In this document: positions 1 through 11,902 of the stretch, piece by piece
Numbering within the stretch: the stretch's first letter is position 1
Layout: the number at the start of each line of letters is the position of its first letter
NCBI GenBank assembly: GCA_041690395.1
Contig: JAWLHJ010000003.1
Coordinates: forward strand, 544,001-608,000
Direction of reading: 5' to 3'
Source: Longimicrobiales bacterium
Lineage (GTDB): Bacteria > Gemmatimonadota > Gemmatimonadetes > Longimicrobiales > Gaopeijiaceae
Length of the DNA stretch: 64,000 bases
Program-made: the position numbers and the translations under genes
Notes under the pieces: generated by a model
Databases searched by the model: none
Told to the model about the DNA's origin: nothing
What the model saw: only the letters and a program-made list of their open reading frames with translations

Positions 1-13
1 GCGTCAAGTCCGC

Positions 14-30
14 TCGGCACCGACCTTGCA
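14..30 (+). promoter_or_regulatory. sigma54 (-24/-12) promoter candidate
   Basis: TCGGCACCGACCTTGCA matches YTGGCACG-N4-TTGCW with correct GG-N10-GC spacing, about 60 nt upstream of the ATG at 88. Confidence 0.6.
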
Positions 31-87
31 CTTCAACGGATCCGGGGTACCCTAGAAAGGTTGTCCCACTCTCCACACGGCCCGTCC

Positions 88-957
88 ATGCGCAGCCTCA
101 CCGTTCTCGCCCTCACCCTCCTCGCCGCTTCCCCGGTCGTGGCTCAGCGCTCCGGTACGCCGGTGCGGGCGGCTCCTGCTCAGGAGCGGCCGGCGCAGAC
201 GTCGCAAGCCGCGGCCTGTGAGCTCACCGCGCCCTCGGGCCTCCGCCTCGCCTTTCAGGAGTGCGGCGCCTCCCGCGCGCTCGCGGGAGCAAGGGCGCGG
301 GAGGTCGAGGTGGTGGAGTACCGGAACGGGGACGCCCAGATGAGCGCGCGCCTCCAACAGGGGGGCACCGTCCACCGGGACGTCGCCGTGCGGTCCGTGG
401 GCGTGGGCGATCCGGACGACGACGGTGACGGTGTCCCCACGATGGCCACCGCCCGCAGGCCGGGCCGCGTGAAGGTGGGGCGCGTCACCCTGCGGGCCGC
501 GACGCCGTCCGGAATCGGGGCTCTGGCCGAGATGTGGAAGGTTGGTGACGTGGACGGGGACGGGTTTCCCGTGAGTGTCATCCTCCAGGACGCCGCCGGA
601 AGCGAGGGCCAGGTCGATCTCGGGGGGTGCACCCCGGTCGAGATGGTGTCGTCCGATGGCTCCTCCACGACCGTCGACCTCACCCTCCGCTGTCGCACCG
701 CCGAGATGGTCAGGGCGTTGGACGCGAATCCCTACGCGCGTTTCATCTCCGACGCCCAGGGAGCCGCGGCGCGGGGAGAGACGCTCGTGGAAGAGCGCCC
801 GGAGCAGCTCCGAGGGCGGGCCGGCTCCAGTGACCGGATCCAGCTAGAGGGCGCCACGCTGGAGGGCTGGTCCCTGGAGTGGACCGGCGACGGGGCCCGG
901 CGGGACCGGGCGGAGTGGACGCTGGAGGTCCGGGTCGACCGCATCGAAATGGCTTAG
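88..957 (+). CDS. Secreted protein with phage tail tube (T4 gp19/Afp1-5)-like motifs
   Basis: Signal peptide MRSLTVLALTLLAASPVVAQ; motifs AFQEC, EVEVVEYRNGD, RRPGRVKVGRVTL, VSVILQDAAGSE, TLEVRVDRIEMA; two DxDxDG-like loops. ATG at 88 preferred over TTG at 61. Confidence 0.6.
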   Translation: MRSLTVLALTLLAASPVVAQRSGTPVRAAPAQERPAQTSQAAACELTAPSGLRLAFQECGASRALAGARAREVEVVEYRNGDAQMSARLQQGGTVHRDVAVRSVGVGDPDDDGDGVPTMATARRPGRVKVGRVTLRAATPSGIGALAEMWKVGDVDGDGFPVSVILQDAAGSEGQVDLGGCTPVEMVSSDGSSTTVDLTLRCRTAEMVRALDANPYARFISDAQGAAARGETLVEERPEQLRGRAGSSDRIQLEGATLEGWSLEWTGDGARRDRAEWTLEVRVDRIEMA

Positions 958-990
958 CGTGCATACTCCCTACCCTGACCCGGTGCTCCC

Positions 991-2076
991 GTGAACAAGC
1001 GGATCACATCTCAATTCATCGGCACCGGCAGCGTCGTCCCCGAGCGCCGTGTGACGAACGCGCAGTTCCTGGATCGCAGCTTCTTCCTCCCGGATGGCGC
1101 CCCTTTGGATCCCGCGGACAACGCGCGCCTGATCGCGAAGTTCCTCGAGATCACCGGGATCGCCGAGCGCCGTTGGGCGCCGGACGACGTCTCGGCGTCG
1201 GACCTGGGAGCGGTGGCCTCGAAGTCGGCCGTGGCCGATGCGGACATCGACCCCGAAACCCTGGACTACGTCATCGTGGCCCACAACTTCGGCGACGTGT
1301 GCCCGCGGACCGGCCAGATCGACACGGTTCCGACGCTGGCGGCGAGGGTCAAGCAGAGGCTCGGCATCCAGAACCCTTCCTGCGTCGCGTACGACCTACC
1401 GTTCGGCTGCCCGGGATGGGTGCAGGGCGTCATTCAGGCCAATAGCTTCCTGCGCGCCGGTCAGGGTCGGCGCGCGCTCGTGGTGGGAACGGAGACGCTG
1501 TCCCGCGTCATCGACCCGCACGACCGCGACAGTATGCTCTACGCCGACGGCGCCGGCGCGGTGGTCCTGGAGGCGGTGGAGACCGAGGCCCCGGTCGGGA
1601 TTCTCGGGCACCGCTCGCGTTCGGACGCCGTCGAGCACGCCGGGCTGTTGCGGATGGGCCCCTCCTACCGTCCGGACGCCCCGGCGGACCGCCTCTACCT
1701 CAAGATGGACGGTCGCAAGGTCTACGAGTACGGGGTCCAGACGGTCCCGGGCGTGGTCTCCGAGATGCTCGAGCAAGCCGGCGTCACACTGCACGACGTG
1801 GATATGCTTCTGGCGCATCAGGCCAACGCCAAGATGAATCAGGCCATCCTCAAGCGCCTCCTGCGGACGGCCGGCATAGAGTGCGCGCCGGCCAGCATGA
1901 TGCCGATGACGATCGCTTTGCTGGGCAACAGCTCCGTCGCCACGGTTCCCACCGTGTTCGATCTCGTTCGGCGCGGTGAGATGGAGGGCCACTCCATCGA
2001 CGCCGGCGACGTGCTCGTCTTCGCGTCCGTCGGGGCGGGCATGAACGTCAACGCACTGGTGTACCGCTGCCCCTGA
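991..2076 (+). CDS. fabH: 3-oxoacyl-ACP synthase III (FabH family)
   Basis: GTGS start, TGIAERR, catalytic Cys in DLPFGCPGW, DGAGAVVL, HQAN, GNSS, VGAG. Confidence 0.9.
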   Translation: MNKRITSQFIGTGSVVPERRVTNAQFLDRSFFLPDGAPLDPADNARLIAKFLEITGIAERRWAPDDVSASDLGAVASKSAVADADIDPETLDYVIVAHNFGDVCPRTGQIDTVPTLAARVKQRLGIQNPSCVAYDLPFGCPGWVQGVIQANSFLRAGQGRRALVVGTETLSRVIDPHDRDSMLYADGAGAVVLEAVETEAPVGILGHRSRSDAVEHAGLLRMGPSYRPDAPADRLYLKMDGRKVYEYGVQTVPGVVSEMLEQAGVTLHDVDMLLAHQANAKMNQAILKRLLRTAGIECAPASMMPMTIALLGNSSVATVPTVFDLVRRGEMEGHSIDAGDVLVFASVGAGMNVNALVYRCP

Positions 2077-2091
2077 ATCCCGGCCCGGAGC

Positions 2092-2146
2092 TTGGCACGA
2101 GTCCTGCTTGGCCATCCTTGGTAGACTCGATGGCACGGGGGTGGCT
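2092..2146 (+). promoter_or_regulatory. Tandem sigma54-like promoter candidates upstream of cgs
   Basis: TTGGCACGAGTCCTGCT (2092-2108) and TGGCACGGGGGTGGCT (2131-2146), both with GG-N10-GC spacing. Confidence 0.45.
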
Positions 2147-2255
2147 CGTGCGCGATGCCTCGCACAGGGGGTTTCAGTGGACGATGATGACTCAGCCGCG
2201 CCTGACGCTTACGTAGACTACGCCGACCCACCCGCACTCGCACGGGTGGTCTGAG

Positions 2256-5200
2256 GTGCACTCCCGGGGCCCGGACACCAGCCTGGAACTGCTCGGTATC
2301 GAGCCCCTGGAAAAGCACGCCCGCAGTCTGGCCGCGCTGCTCACCGTCGGCCGCCGCGGCAGGGTCCGTGGGAACCCACACCTCGACCGGCTCGACGATC
2401 ACATGCGCGTTCTGCGCACCGTGTACGTCGACCTGTCGGACGACGCACGGAACGGTGAGCCGTCGTCCCCGGCGGCCGAGTGGTTGCTCGACAACTTCCA
2501 CACGATCTCGGCCGCAGCGCGCGACATCCGGCACGATCTTCCGCGCGCGTTCTACCGCCGGCTCCCTTCCATCGCCGCGGACGAGTTCGCCGGGCTGCCG
2601 CGCATCTACGCGATGGCGCACGAGCTCATCGGACACAGCGCGGGCCGCCTCGACCCGCAACGGCTCCACCGCTTCATCAACGCGTTCCAGTCGGTCACAC
2701 CGCTCACCATAGGGGAGCTCTGGGCGTGGCCGAGCGCGTTGAAGCTGGCCCTGCTCGACTACCTGAGGACCCGCGCCGACGTCCTGGCGGCCGATCGGGC
2801 CTGCCGCTGCGAGGCCGACCGCATTGCCGCCTCTCCCGCCATCGCCGCCGATCGCCGTCGCTGGCCCGCGGAGCTGCCGCCGGCGTTCGTGATCCGGCTT
2901 CTGCGGCATACGAGGGAGCAAGGGCTCGCCGCGGGCGTCCTGCGCCAGGAGCTCGACGCGACGCTCGCGGCGAAGGGGCAGAGCCTCGAGGACGCGATCC
3001 GGTCGGAGGGTCGCCACGAAGCCACCGAGCAGGCGTTCATGTCCAGCCTCATCGGCAGCCTACGCCTGATTTCGACCTTCGATTGGACGGAGTTCTTCGA
3101 GAGCGTCAGCCTGGTCGAGCAGGTGCTCCAGCGTGATCCCGCCGGAGTCTACGGGCACATGGATTTCCGGAGCCGGAACCGATACCGGAACGCCGTCGAG
3201 GAGCTCGCCGAGCCGACCGGCGATTCCCAGTTGAGACTCGCGTTGAAGGGTGTGGAGCGGGCACGCCAGATGGCGGAACAGTCGCCCGAGGAGCGGGGGG
3301 CGCACGTCGGCCACTACCTCATCGGCAGGGGGCGGAGGGCATTCGAGAAGAGCATCGGCTGGCAGCCCGACTTCCTCTCCCGTATCCGTCGCCGGTTCTT
3401 CCAGTACGCGACGCCATCTTATCTGGGCACGATCGCGCTGGGCACCATCAGCCTCGTCGCGGTCGCGGTCGCGGTCGCGTACGCGAACGGCTGGCGGAGC
3501 GGCCTGCTGGTCGCCATCGCTCTGCTCGCCGTGGTGCCGGCCAGCGAGCTGACCATCCAGATCCTGCAGCGGGTCATCAGCAATCTGATTCCGCCCCGGA
3601 GGATCCCACGCCTCGACCTCACCACGGTGCCGGAAGACGACCGCACCATGGTCATCGTCCCCACGATGTTCGCGAGCGTGGAGGGCGTCGCGGAGCTCAT
3701 CGCGCACCTCGAAGTCCAGGCGCTCGGGAACGAGGACGAGCGAATCCACTTCGCGCTACTCAGCGACTTCCGTGACGCTCCGGCCGAGACGCTCGAGCGC
3801 GACACCAAGATCCTGGCAGCGGCGAAGGCCGGTATCGAGGCGCTCAACCGGAAGCACGCGACCGGTCGCTACGACCGATTCTTCCTCTTCCATCGGAAGC
3901 GCCTATGGAACGAGCAGGAAGGGCTCTGGATGGGGTGGGAGCGCAAGCGCGGCAAGATCGAGGAGTTCAACCGCCTCCTCCGAGGGGCCACGGATACGAG
4001 CTTCGAGCTCCACGTGGGCAATCTCGAGATCCTTCCGAAGGTCCGTTACTGCATCACCCTGGACAGCGACACGCGCCTTCCGCGAGACGCCGCGAAGGAG
4101 TTGATCGGCATCATCTCGCATCCGCTCAATCGCCCGGAGTTCGATGCCGAGGTGGGCCGCGTCACGGATGGATACGGGATCCTGCAGCCCCGTGTCAGCG
4201 TGACCTACGCCAGCGCCGCGGGATCGCTGTTCGCCCGACTCTATGCAGGCCACACGGGCGTCGATCCCTACACGACCGCGGTATCCGATACGTACCAGGA
4301 CCTGTTCAACGAGGGGATCTTCACGGGCAAGGGACTCTACCACGTCGACGCCTTCATGGCATCGCTCGAAGACACGGTCCCCGAGAACGCGCTGCTCTCC
4401 CACGACCTGTTCGAGGGTCTTCACGCGCGTGTCGCGCTGGTGTCGGATGTCGAGTTCGTCGACGAGTACCCGTCGAGCGTCCTGGCGCACGCCAGTCGTC
4501 AGCATCGGTGGACGCGCGGCGACTGGCAGATCCTGGCATGGCTCCTTCCGTTCGTGCCGTCGCGCCGGGGGCTGAAGCGCAATCCCCTTCCCCTCATGGG
4601 GCGTTGGAAGATTCTGGACAATCTTCGCCGCAGCCTCGTGACGCCCACGCTCCTCGCCCTCCTCCTTGCCGCGTGGACGGTGCTGCCCGCCCCCCGCTGG
4701 TACTGGATGACCGCCGTCATCACGGTGATCGCTTCACAGCTCCTGCCCATCCTGGGCCGGCTGCTCGTGGGACCGCGGCGATCACAGTCGTTCCCGGTGT
4801 TCTGGCGAAACCTGCGCAAGGACGCCGCCACCGCGATGGCGCAGGTCCTCCTTGGAGTGACGTTCCTCGTCTACAATGCGTGGAAGACCCTGCACGCGAT
4901 CGGCGTCACCCTCCTCCGGCTGGCGGTGACCCGACGGCGACTGCTCGAATGGGAAACGTCCGCGGCGAGCGAAGCGCGCTCGGCGGTCCTCACGGGGCGC
5001 GCGGGGTTGTGGCGCGCGGTCGTGCAAATGAAGGTCAGCCCTCTGACTGCGGTCGGGGTGGGCCTGCTCGTGACCTTCGTGCAGCCGACCGCCCTCCCGT
5101 CCGCAGCTCCGTTCCTGCTGCTGTGGCTACTCGCCCCCCTCGTGGCGTATTGGCTGAGCATCCCGGTGGGACCACGACAGCGCCCTCTCACCGCGAGCGA

Positions 5201-8200
5201 ACGCGCGGTGCTGCGGCGCACCGCCAGGACCACGTGGCGGTACTTCGAGACCTTCGTCACGGCCGAGAGCGGCTGGCTTCCTCCGGACAACTATCAGGAA
5301 GCCAGGTCCGCGACCTCCACGGAGCCTCAGCTCGCGACCCGGACGTCGCCGACCAACATCGCGATGGGGCTTCTCTCGACTCTGGCCGCGCACGATCTCG
5401 GATACATCTCCACCGAATGCCTCATCGGAGCCCTCGACCGCACACTCACCTCCCTCGAGGGGCTGGAGCGCCATCGGGGCCACTTCCTGAACTGGTACAA
5501 CACGAGAACCAGGGAGCCCCTCGCGCCACGCTACGTATCGACGGTCGACAGCGGGAATCTGGCCGGAGCTCTGATGACCATGGCCCAGGGCGTGCTTCAG
5601 CTCCAGCACCAACCGCAGACCGAAGCGCAACGCCTCGAGGGCGTGCTGGACACCGCGGAGGTGCTGCGGGTCCTGGCGGCCCGGGAGCGGGCAGCCAAGG
5701 CGTCCCTGTTGGCACGGGAGGCAGTCTCCGCCGCCAAGGTGGGCCTGAGCACCGGCTCGCTCGATGAGTTGGCCACGATCAGACGCCGGCTGTCCACCGA
5801 GATCGATGTCGATCGCACGAGCGATGTCGCCTTCTGGGCCGGCGCCCTGGTGGGAGCCATCGACGGCGTGAGAAGGCCGGAGGCCGACACAGCGGAGCAT
5901 GCCTTGATGCTCGCGTCGCTGTCCGCGCGTATGTCACGGATGGCCAGCCAGATGCAGTTCGGATTCCTGTACGACCGGCGGCGGCGTCTCTTCACGATCG
6001 GCTACCGGCTCCCCGACGCGAACGGTCCGGGCGGACCGGACGGCGCGTATTACGACATGCTGGCCTCGGAGGCACGCCTCGCCAGCTTCGTGGCGATCGC
6101 CAAGGGAGACGTACCGCAGCACCACTGGTTCCACCTGGGTCGCATGGTGACCAGCATCGGCGGTCGGGCCTCTCTGATGTCGTGGGGGGGCACCATGTTC
6201 GAGTACCTGATGCCGCTGCTCGTGATGCGCAGCTTCCCCGGGACCCTTCTCGACCAGAGCTGCCGCGCGAGCACCGTGCGCCAGATGGACTATGGGCGCC
6301 GCAGGAAAGTCCCCTGGGGGATCTCGGAGTCGGCCTATCCGTTGACCGATCGTGCCGGTACCTACCAGTACAAGGCGTTCGGCGTCCCCGGCCTCGGCCT
6401 CTCCCGTGGGCTCGACGAAGACCTGGTCGTGGCACCGTACGCGACGGCGCTGGCGAGCCTCGTGGATCCGGGCGCCGCGGCGGACAACCTCGAGCACCTC
6501 ACGCGCGAAGGAGGCGAGGGACGATTCGGGTACTACGAGTCGATCGAGTACCGCAGCTCCCGACCCACCGGGACCGACAGCAAGGAGGTGGTGAGAGCGT
6601 ACTTCAGCCATCACCAGGGCATGTCCATGGTCGCGCTCGCCAATGTCCTGGGGGACGACGTGTTCGTGGGCCGCTTCCACATGGACCCACGGGTTCAGGC
6701 GACCGAGCTGCTCCTTCAGGAGCGCGTGCCGCGCGAGGCGATCGTCTCCGAGCCGCGACCGGCCCAGGGCGCGACGGTGACGCCATCCGCCCCGGCACTG
6801 GCATCGCGACGCTTCCGGTCCCCGCACACGGCAAGCCCGCACACGCATTTCTTCTCCAACGGACGGTACACCACGGCGGTGACGCACGCCGGCGGAGGTC
6901 ACAGCATGTGGCGCGACCTGTCGGTCACCCGGTGTCGCGAAGACCGAACATCCGACGCGGGCGCGCACTTCATCTATCTGCGTGATCCGTGGTCCGGCGA
7001 GGTCTGGTCGCCGACCTACTTGCCCTCTCGCCGGGACCCGGACGAGTACGAGGTCACCTTCGAGCTCGACAAGGCGACGTTCCGTCGTCGAGACGGGGAC
7101 TTCGAGACCCGGCTCGAGATCGCGGTCTCCCCCGAGGACGACGTGGAGGTCCGCCGTCTGACGATCGCGAACCACGGCGACGTTGCCCGCGAGATCGAAG
7201 TGACGAGCTACGCGGAGATCGTGCTCGGACGCCCCGAGGACGATGCGGCCCACCCGGCGTTCGGCAAGCTGTTCATCGAGACGGAGTACGATGCGCAGAA
7301 CGCGGGGCTGCTCTTCAGCCGCCGCCCCCGCGGCCACGACGAGACATCGGTCTGGGCGTTCCACGTCCTCGGCGTGGAGAACCGTGCCGGAGGTGCGGTG
7401 GAGTGGGAGACGGATCGGGCCCAATTCCTCGGCCGCGGGCATTCCACCTACGATCCGGTCGCGCTCGACGGTCGTCCGTTGTCCGGCACCACGGGGGCGG
7501 TGCTCGATCCCGTGGCTGCCCTACGCGACCGGATCCGTCTCCAGCCAGGAGCATTCGCCAGCGTGACGTTCGCGACAGGAGTCGCGCCGGACCGGGATAC
7601 GGCTCGGGCGTTGGTGGCCAAGTACCGCGACGGGAGCGCAGCGGCACGAGCATTCTCGATGGCGTTCACCCATGCACGGGTCACGCTCGAGCACCTGGGT
7701 CTCACGGACGACCACGCCATGCTCTTCTCGCGGGTGGCCTCCCGTGTCTTCGGCACAGACGCCTCGTGCATCAGCGCCGACGATCTGGAGCGGAACACGC
7801 TCGCACAGTCGCACCTATGGGGCCACGGCATCTCGGGCGACCTGCCGATCGTGCTGGTGTGCATCTCCGAGATGAGGGAGCTGTCGCTGGTGCGGCAAGT
7901 CCTCCTTGCGCAGGAGTACTGGCGGGTGAAGAACCTCCGCGCCGACGTGGTCATCATCAACGACCACGCGGCCGACTACGCGGACGAAGTGCAGCGTCGG
8001 CTCTCGGACCTCGTGCAGGAGCCCCGCTGGGCGGGCTTTCGGGACGCACCGGGCGGCATCTTCCTGATGCGAGCCGAAGGGATGGCCGCATCGGACCGCC
8101 ATCTCCTGGCCGCGGTCGCGCGCGTGGTCCTGCGTGGGGCGTGGGGAGGCCTGTCGCCCCAGCTCCACCGCCCGGCGCCCTGGCTCTACGAGGAGCACGG

Positions 8201-10697
8201 TCCGCCGTCCGAGCCGCACGGCCGAGTGCCCGGTCGAGCCGAAGCACCCACCCCCGTGCCCCCCCTGGTGATGCGGAACGGGTTCGGGGGCTTCACCGAG
8301 GACGGCCGGCAGTACGTGGTCGTCCTCGAGGGAGACGAAGAGACGCCGCTCCCCTGGTCGAACGTGCTCGCGAACCCCGACGTCGGAACCATCGTGAGCA
8401 GCTCCGGTGCCCAGTTCACCTGGTCGGAGAACAGCCGCCAGAACTGCCTGACACCCTACGCCAACGATCCGATCGCGGACCCGACCGGCGAGGCGATATA
8501 CCTCCGCGACGATGTCTCCGGCGCGACGTGGGGAGCGACTCCCGGCCCGGTGCGGCGCACCAGGAATTCGGGGCGTTGGGTCGTGCGCCACGAGGCCGGC
8601 GTGACACGCTATCAACACGCCACGCGGGGCCTCGAGCAGGAATTGGCCGTTTTCGTCGACATCGACGACCCGGTGAAGCAGTCCATGCTCACGCTCACCA
8701 ACCACTCGGACGAGCCGCGCCGCCTCAGCGTCTTCGCCTACGCGGAATGGCGCCTCGGACCGCCACGGACGGGGGAGCGGCGGTTCGTGGTCACGAGCGT
8801 CGACGCACCGACGAATGCGCTGCTCGCGCGCAACGCGTACAACGAGGAGTTCAGCGGACGGGTGGCCTTCTTCCACTCGACGAGGCTGGTGCGGTCCCAC
8901 ACGTGCGACCGCACCGAGTTCATCGGGCGCAACGGGACCCTGGCGGAGCCCGCCGCCCTCGAGCGGGACGGGCTCCAGAACCGCTCGGGCGCCGGGTTGG
9001 ACCCGTGTGGCGCCCTCCAGGTCACGGTGGAAATCCCCCCCGGCGAGTCGCGCCGCATCGCGTTCATACTCGGGCAGGCATCGGACGGCGAGGCCGCATC
9101 GGGCTTCGCGGCCAGGTACGGGTCATTGGCAGAGGTCGAAGCGTCGCTCGCGAGGGTGGGCCGCTTCTGGGACGAGACGCTGGGAGCGGTCCAGGTCCGG
9201 ACGCCGGACGACTCGTTCGATCTCATGGTCAACCGTTGGCTTGTCTATCAGTCACTGAGCTGCCGCGTGTGGGCCCGGAGCGGTCCGTCCCAGCCGGGCG
9301 GCGCGTTCGGCTTCCGTGATCAGCTCCAGGACGTGCTGTCCCTACTGTTCACACGACCGGACTTGTGTCGGGCACACCTGCTGCGAGCCGCGTCCCGCCA
9401 GTTCGTCGAGGGAGACGTGCAGCATTGGTGGCATCCTCCGGCTGGCCGCGGCACACGGACGCGGTGCTCGGACGACCTCCTGTGGCTCCCTTATGCCGTG
9501 GCCGCGTACATCCGACACACGGGTGATACGGGTGTGCTCGACGAGGCCGTCCCGTTCCTCGACGCGCCCCCGCTCACGCCGGAGGAGCAGGAGGTATACA
9601 TCCTGCCCTCGGTGTCGCAGGAGACCGCGCCGCTCTTCGAGCACATGTGCCGCGCCATCGACCGGTCGCTGCGGTACGGGACACACGGTCTGCCCCTGAT
9701 CGGCTCCGGAGACTGGAACGACGGCATGAATCGCGTCGGTGCCGAAGGGCGTGGCGAGAGCGTGTGGCTCGGGTGGTTCCTGGTCGTGGTGCTCAACGAT
9801 ACCGCTGAGCTCTGCGACCTTCGAGGGCGCAACGACGTGGCCCAGCGGTACCGAAGTCAGGCCCGCTGGCTCACCGGCATGCTGGAGCTGGCGTGGGACG
9901 GCAGCTGGTACCGCCGCGCGTACTACGACAATGGGACGCCCCTCGGCTCGGTGCAGAGCGACGAATGCAAGCTCGACTCACTGACGCAGTCGTGGTCCGT
10001 CATCTCCGGGGCCGCCGATACCCGCCGTGCCACCCGTGCCATGGACGCGGTTCGCACCCACCTGGTCCGTCGGGAAGCGCGGCTCGTCCTGCTCCTCACA
10101 CCTCCATTCGACCGCACGCCGCAGGACCCCGGCTATATCAAGGGCTACTTGCCGGGCATCCGCGAGAACGGAGCACAGTACACGCACGCCGCACTCTGGA
10201 CGGTGATCGCCCTGGCACGGCAGGGTCTGGGCGACGAGGCGATGGCGCTCTTCCACATGATCAACCCGATCAACCACGCACGCACTCGCGAGGACGCGGA
10301 GTGGTACAAGGGAGAGCCGTACGTCGTCGCGGCCGACGTATACGCGCACGCCAGCCACGTCGGACGAGGGGGTTGGACGTGGTACACGGGCTCCGCCGGC
10401 TGGATGTATCAGGCCGCGATCGACAGCCTGATGGGGCTCCGGCGTCGGGCGGGCACGTTCTCCATGGACCCCTGCATCCCGGCGATGTGGCCCGAGTGCG
10501 AGATCGATTGGCGTCACGGGGGAAGCCTGTACCGCATCGTGATCGAGAACCCCGAGCGGCAGCAGCGCGGCGTCCGCTCGGCCACGCTCGATGGAGCCGC
10601 GGTCGACCACACCGCGATCCCCCTTCTGGACGACGGTGGCGAGCACGACGTGGTGATCGTGCTGGGGGGGCGGGCAGACGCGTCTCTCATTGTCTGA
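2256..10697 (+). CDS. cgs: Cyclic beta-1,2-glucan synthase (GT84 + glucoamylase-like + GH94 phosphorylase domains)
   Basis: 2813 aa; [41 protein letters not shown] segments, [50 protein letters not shown] (ChvB/Cgs type). Confidence 0.95.
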   Translation: MHSRGPDTSLELLGIEPLEKHARSLAALLTVGRRGRVRGNPHLDRLDDHMRVLRTVYVDLSDDARNGEPSSPAAEWLLDNFHTISAAARDIRHDLPRAFYRRLPSIAADEFAGLPRIYAMAHELIGHSAGRLDPQRLHRFINAFQSVTPLTIGELWAWPSALKLALLDYLRTRADVLAADRACRCEADRIAASPAIAADRRRWPAELPPAFVIRLLRHTREQGLAAGVLRQELDATLAAKGQSLEDAIRSEGRHEATEQAFMSSLIGSLRLISTFDWTEFFESVSLVEQVLQRDPAGVYGHMDFRSRNRYRNAVEELAEPTGDSQLRLALKGVERARQMAEQSPEERGAHVGHYLIGRGRRAFEKSIGWQPDFLSRIRRRFFQYATPSYLGTIALGTISLVAVAVAVAYANGWRSGLLVAIALLAVVPASELTIQILQRVISNLIPPRRIPRLDLTTVPEDDRTMVIVPTMFASVEGVAELIAHLEVQALGNEDERIHFALLSDFRDAPAETLERDTKILAAAKAGIEALNRKHATGRYDRFFLFHRKRLWNEQEGLWMGWERKRGKIEEFNRLLRGATDTSFELHVGNLEILPKVRYCITLDSDTRLPRDAAKELIGIISHPLNRPEFDAEVGRVTDGYGILQPRVSVTYASAAGSLFARLYAGHTGVDPYTTAVSDTYQDLFNEGIFTGKGLYHVDAFMASLEDTVPENALLSHDLFEGLHARVALVSDVEFVDEYPSSVLAHASRQHRWTRGDWQILAWLLPFVPSRRGLKRNPLPLMGRWKILDNLRRSLVTPTLLALLLAAWTVLPAPRWYWMTAVITVIASQLLPILGRLLVGPRRSQSFPVFWRNLRKDAATAMAQVLLGVTFLVYNAWKTLHAIGVTLLRLAVTRRRLLEWETSAASEARSAVLTGRAGLWRAVVQMKVSPLTAVGVGLLVTFVQPTALPSAAPFLLLWLLAPLVAYWLSIPVGPRQRPLTASERAVLRRTARTTWRYFETFVTAESGWLPPDNYQEARSATSTEPQLATRTSPTNIAMGLLSTLAAHDLGYISTECLIGALDRTLTSLEGLERHRGHFLNWYNTRTREPLAPRYVSTVDSGNLAGALMTMAQGVLQLQHQPQTEAQRLEGVLDTAEVLRVLAARERAAKASLLAREAVSAAKVGLSTGSLDELATIRRRLSTEIDVDRTSDVAFWAGALVGAIDGVRRPEADTAEHALMLASLSARMSRMASQMQFGFLYDRRRRLFTIGYRLPDANGPGGPDGAYYDMLASEARLASFVAIAKGDVPQHHWFHLGRMVTSIGGRASLMSWGGTMFEYLMPLLVMRSFPGTLLDQSCRASTVRQMDYGRRRKVPWGISESAYPLTDRAGTYQYKAFGVPGLGLSRGLDEDLVVAPYATALASLVDPGAAADNLEHLTREGGEGRFGYYESIEYRSSRPTGTDSKEVVRAYFSHHQGMSMVALANVLGDDVFVGRFHMDPRVQATELLLQERVPREAIVSEPRPAQGATVTPSAPALASRRFRSPHTASPHTHFFSNGRYTTAVTHAGGGHSMWRDLSVTRCREDRTSDAGAHFIYLRDPWSGEVWSPTYLPSRRDPDEYEVTFELDKATFRRRDGDFETRLEIAVSPEDDVEVRRLTIANHGDVAREIEVTSYAEIVLGRPEDDAAHPAFGKLFIETEYDAQNAGLLFSRRPRGHDETSVWAFHVLGVENRAGGAVEWETDRAQFLGRGHSTYDPVALDGRPLSGTTGAVLDPVAALRDRIRLQPGAFASVTFATGVAPDRDTARALVAKYRDGSAAARAFSMAFTHARVTLEHLGLTDDHAMLFSRVASRVFGTDASCISADDLERNTLAQSHLWGHGISGDLPIVLVCISEMRELSLVRQVLLAQEYWRVKNLRADVVIINDHAADYADEVQRRLSDLVQEPRWAGFRDAPGGIFLMRAEGMAASDRHLLAAVARVVLRGAWGGLSPQLHRPAPWLYEEHGPPSEPHGRVPGRAEAPTPVPPLVMRNGFGGFTEDGRQYVVVLEGDEETPLPWSNVLANPDVGTIVSSSGAQFTWSENSRQNCLTPYANDPIADPTGEAIYLRDDVSGATWGATPGPVRRTRNSGRWVVRHEAGVTRYQHATRGLEQELAVFVDIDDPVKQSMLTLTNHSDEPRRLSVFAYAEWRLGPPRTGERRFVVTSVDAPTNALLARNAYNEEFSGRVAFFHSTRLVRSHTCDRTEFIGRNGTLAEPAALERDGLQNRSGAGLDPCGALQVTVEIPPGESRRIAFILGQASDGEAASGFAARYGSLAEVEASLARVGRFWDETLGAVQVRTPDDSFDLMVNRWLVYQSLSCRVWARSGPSQPGGAFGFRDQLQDVLSLLFTRPDLCRAHLLRAASRQFVEGDVQHWWHPPAGRGTRTRCSDDLLWLPYAVAAYIRHTGDTGVLDEAVPFLDAPPLTPEEQEVYILPSVSQETAPLFEHMCRAIDRSLRYGTHGLPLIGSGDWNDGMNRVGAEGRGESVWLGWFLVVVLNDTAELCDLRGRNDVAQRYRSQARWLTGMLELAWDGSWYRRAYYDNGTPLGSVQSDECKLDSLTQSWSVISGAADTRRATRAMDAVRTHLVRREARLVLLLTPPFDRTPQDPGYIKGYLPGIRENGAQYTHAALWTVIALARQGLGDEAMALFHMINPINHARTREDAEWYKGEPYVVAADVYAHASHVGRGGWTWYTGSAGWMYQAAIDSLMGLRRRAGTFSMDPCIPAMWPECEIDWRHGGSLYRIVIENPERQQRGVRSATLDGAAVDHTAIPLLDDGGEHDVVIVLGGRADASLIV

Positions 10698-10709
10698 CGC
10701 GGACGTCGG

Positions 10710-11633
10710 TCAGCTCTCGAATTCGGCTCCCGGGCTCGCCGGACGGAGGGAGCGAAGGATGGTCGTGGTCACCCACAGCGCCAGCACCGCCAGAACGACG
10801 AAGCCGGCCAGAGGCCCGATGATCTCCGGCGGGTGCAGCACGACGCCAGCCCGAAGCTGCATGATGGTCTGCACCCCGATGAGCGGCGCCAGCATCATCT
10901 CCAACACCAGCAGCGACATCGCGATGAGGTAGCCCAGCGCACGGCGGCGCAGGATGAGGACCCCGGATGCGAAGGCCGCGGGGGCGATGGTCGCGAGGTC
11001 GAGCGCCTCGGTGACCTTCGTGGAGTAGATATCGAGCCGGTCCGGCGTGCGTCCCGCGACGAGCACCGCAAGCAGAGGCACGCTCCAGACCAGAAGCGTG
11101 ACCACGCCGCTCGCGAGCATGAAGATTCCCGGTCCGCGCCTCGGTAGCCTCTCCAGGTCCAACGGCGCCGGGTCCTGTGAGATGCGCCCGTGAAGCTCCG
11201 CGAAGAGGAGGATGAACGCGTAGAGAGTGGCCGAGAAGAGTGCGACGTAGAGCAAGAACAGTGGGTTGTAGACCACCGTGCCAAGGGCGTAGCCGCCGTA
11301 CACGTATAGGAAGTGACCGAGGGCTCCCAGCATGAGCAGAGCCCCGGCCAGCGAGCCACGGCGATAGAGCAGCGCGGATACGAGGAGCAGCGGCACGCCC
11401 AGAACGAGGGTCACGGCATCTGTGCCGCGGGCACCGGCGGCGGAGAAGAGGGTGTCGAATCGGTAGAGCCCCCGGCCGTGGATGAGCGCCACCTGCCCGC
11501 GCAGGGTTTCGAAGGCGTAGGGCTCCCCGGCTCCGTGAAGGGTGAGACCGACGCCTGCAGCCACGGGCGCCAGCAGCAACACCGCCAGCACGAGTCGGAG
11601 GACGACGCCGGAGCGCCCGCTCTTCATATCCAT
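10710..11633 (-). CDS. Multi-pass integral membrane protein of unknown function
   Basis: About 8 hydrophobic segments; GTDAVTLVLGVP / LYVYGGY / YNPLFLLYVALF; homologous to 20437..21288. Start approximate. Confidence 0.75.
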   Translation of the reverse strand: MDMKSGRSGVVLRLVLAVLLLAPVAAGVGLTLHGAGEPYAFETLRGQVALIHGRGLYRFDTLFSAAGARGTDAVTLVLGVPLLLVSALLYRRGSLAGALLMLGALGHFLYVYGGYALGTVVYNPLFLLYVALFSATLYAFILLFAELHGRISQDPAPLDLERLPRRGPGIFMLASGVVTLLVWSVPLLAVLVAGRTPDRLDIYSTKVTEALDLATIAPAAFASGVLILRRRALGYLIAMSLLVLEMMLAPLIGVQTIMQLRAGVVLHPPEIIGPLAGFVVLAVLALWVTTTILRSLRPASPGAEFES

Positions 11634-11808
11634 GTCTGTATCATGCACAGACCTGACCGTCGTCGCACCCGCACCGGTGCCCGGGTGCGACATTGGCGCG
11701 CTCCCGGGCCGATTCCGCCAAGCGCATTCCGTCCCCGTCGGCTCTGCAGCCGTCCCGAAACCCGCGCCTTTCAGGGCCGATCGGCCACTTCGCCCTCTCA
11801 CCTCCCGG

Positions 11809-11824
11809 TGGCATGGACCTTGAG
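11809..11824 (+). promoter_or_regulatory. sigma54-like promoter candidate for the csbD cluster
   Basis: TGGCATGGACCTTGAG: good -24 element, -12 reads TTGA instead of TTGC. Confidence 0.35.
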
Positions 11825-11902
11825 TCTCCATGGTACGTGGAGCGGGGAGACAGGCGAGTCACGCCGCCTTCCCACTTATCCCGAAGAAGAGCGGAGGGCT
11901 CG

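Noticed and set aside
1..957. Prophage or complete contractile injection system
   Set aside because: Only one tube-like gene; no sheath, baseplate, spike, terminase or integrase in the window
2184..2255. In-frame upstream ATG separated from cgs by a single TAG (2214-2216), suggesting readthrough or a leader peptide
   Set aside because: The extension shows no recognisable homology and no recoding signal; likely chance
3457..3480. Short tandem repeat (GTCGCG)n in cgs
   Set aside because: Encodes a VAVAVAVA transmembrane stretch; in frame, not a contingency locus or CRISPR
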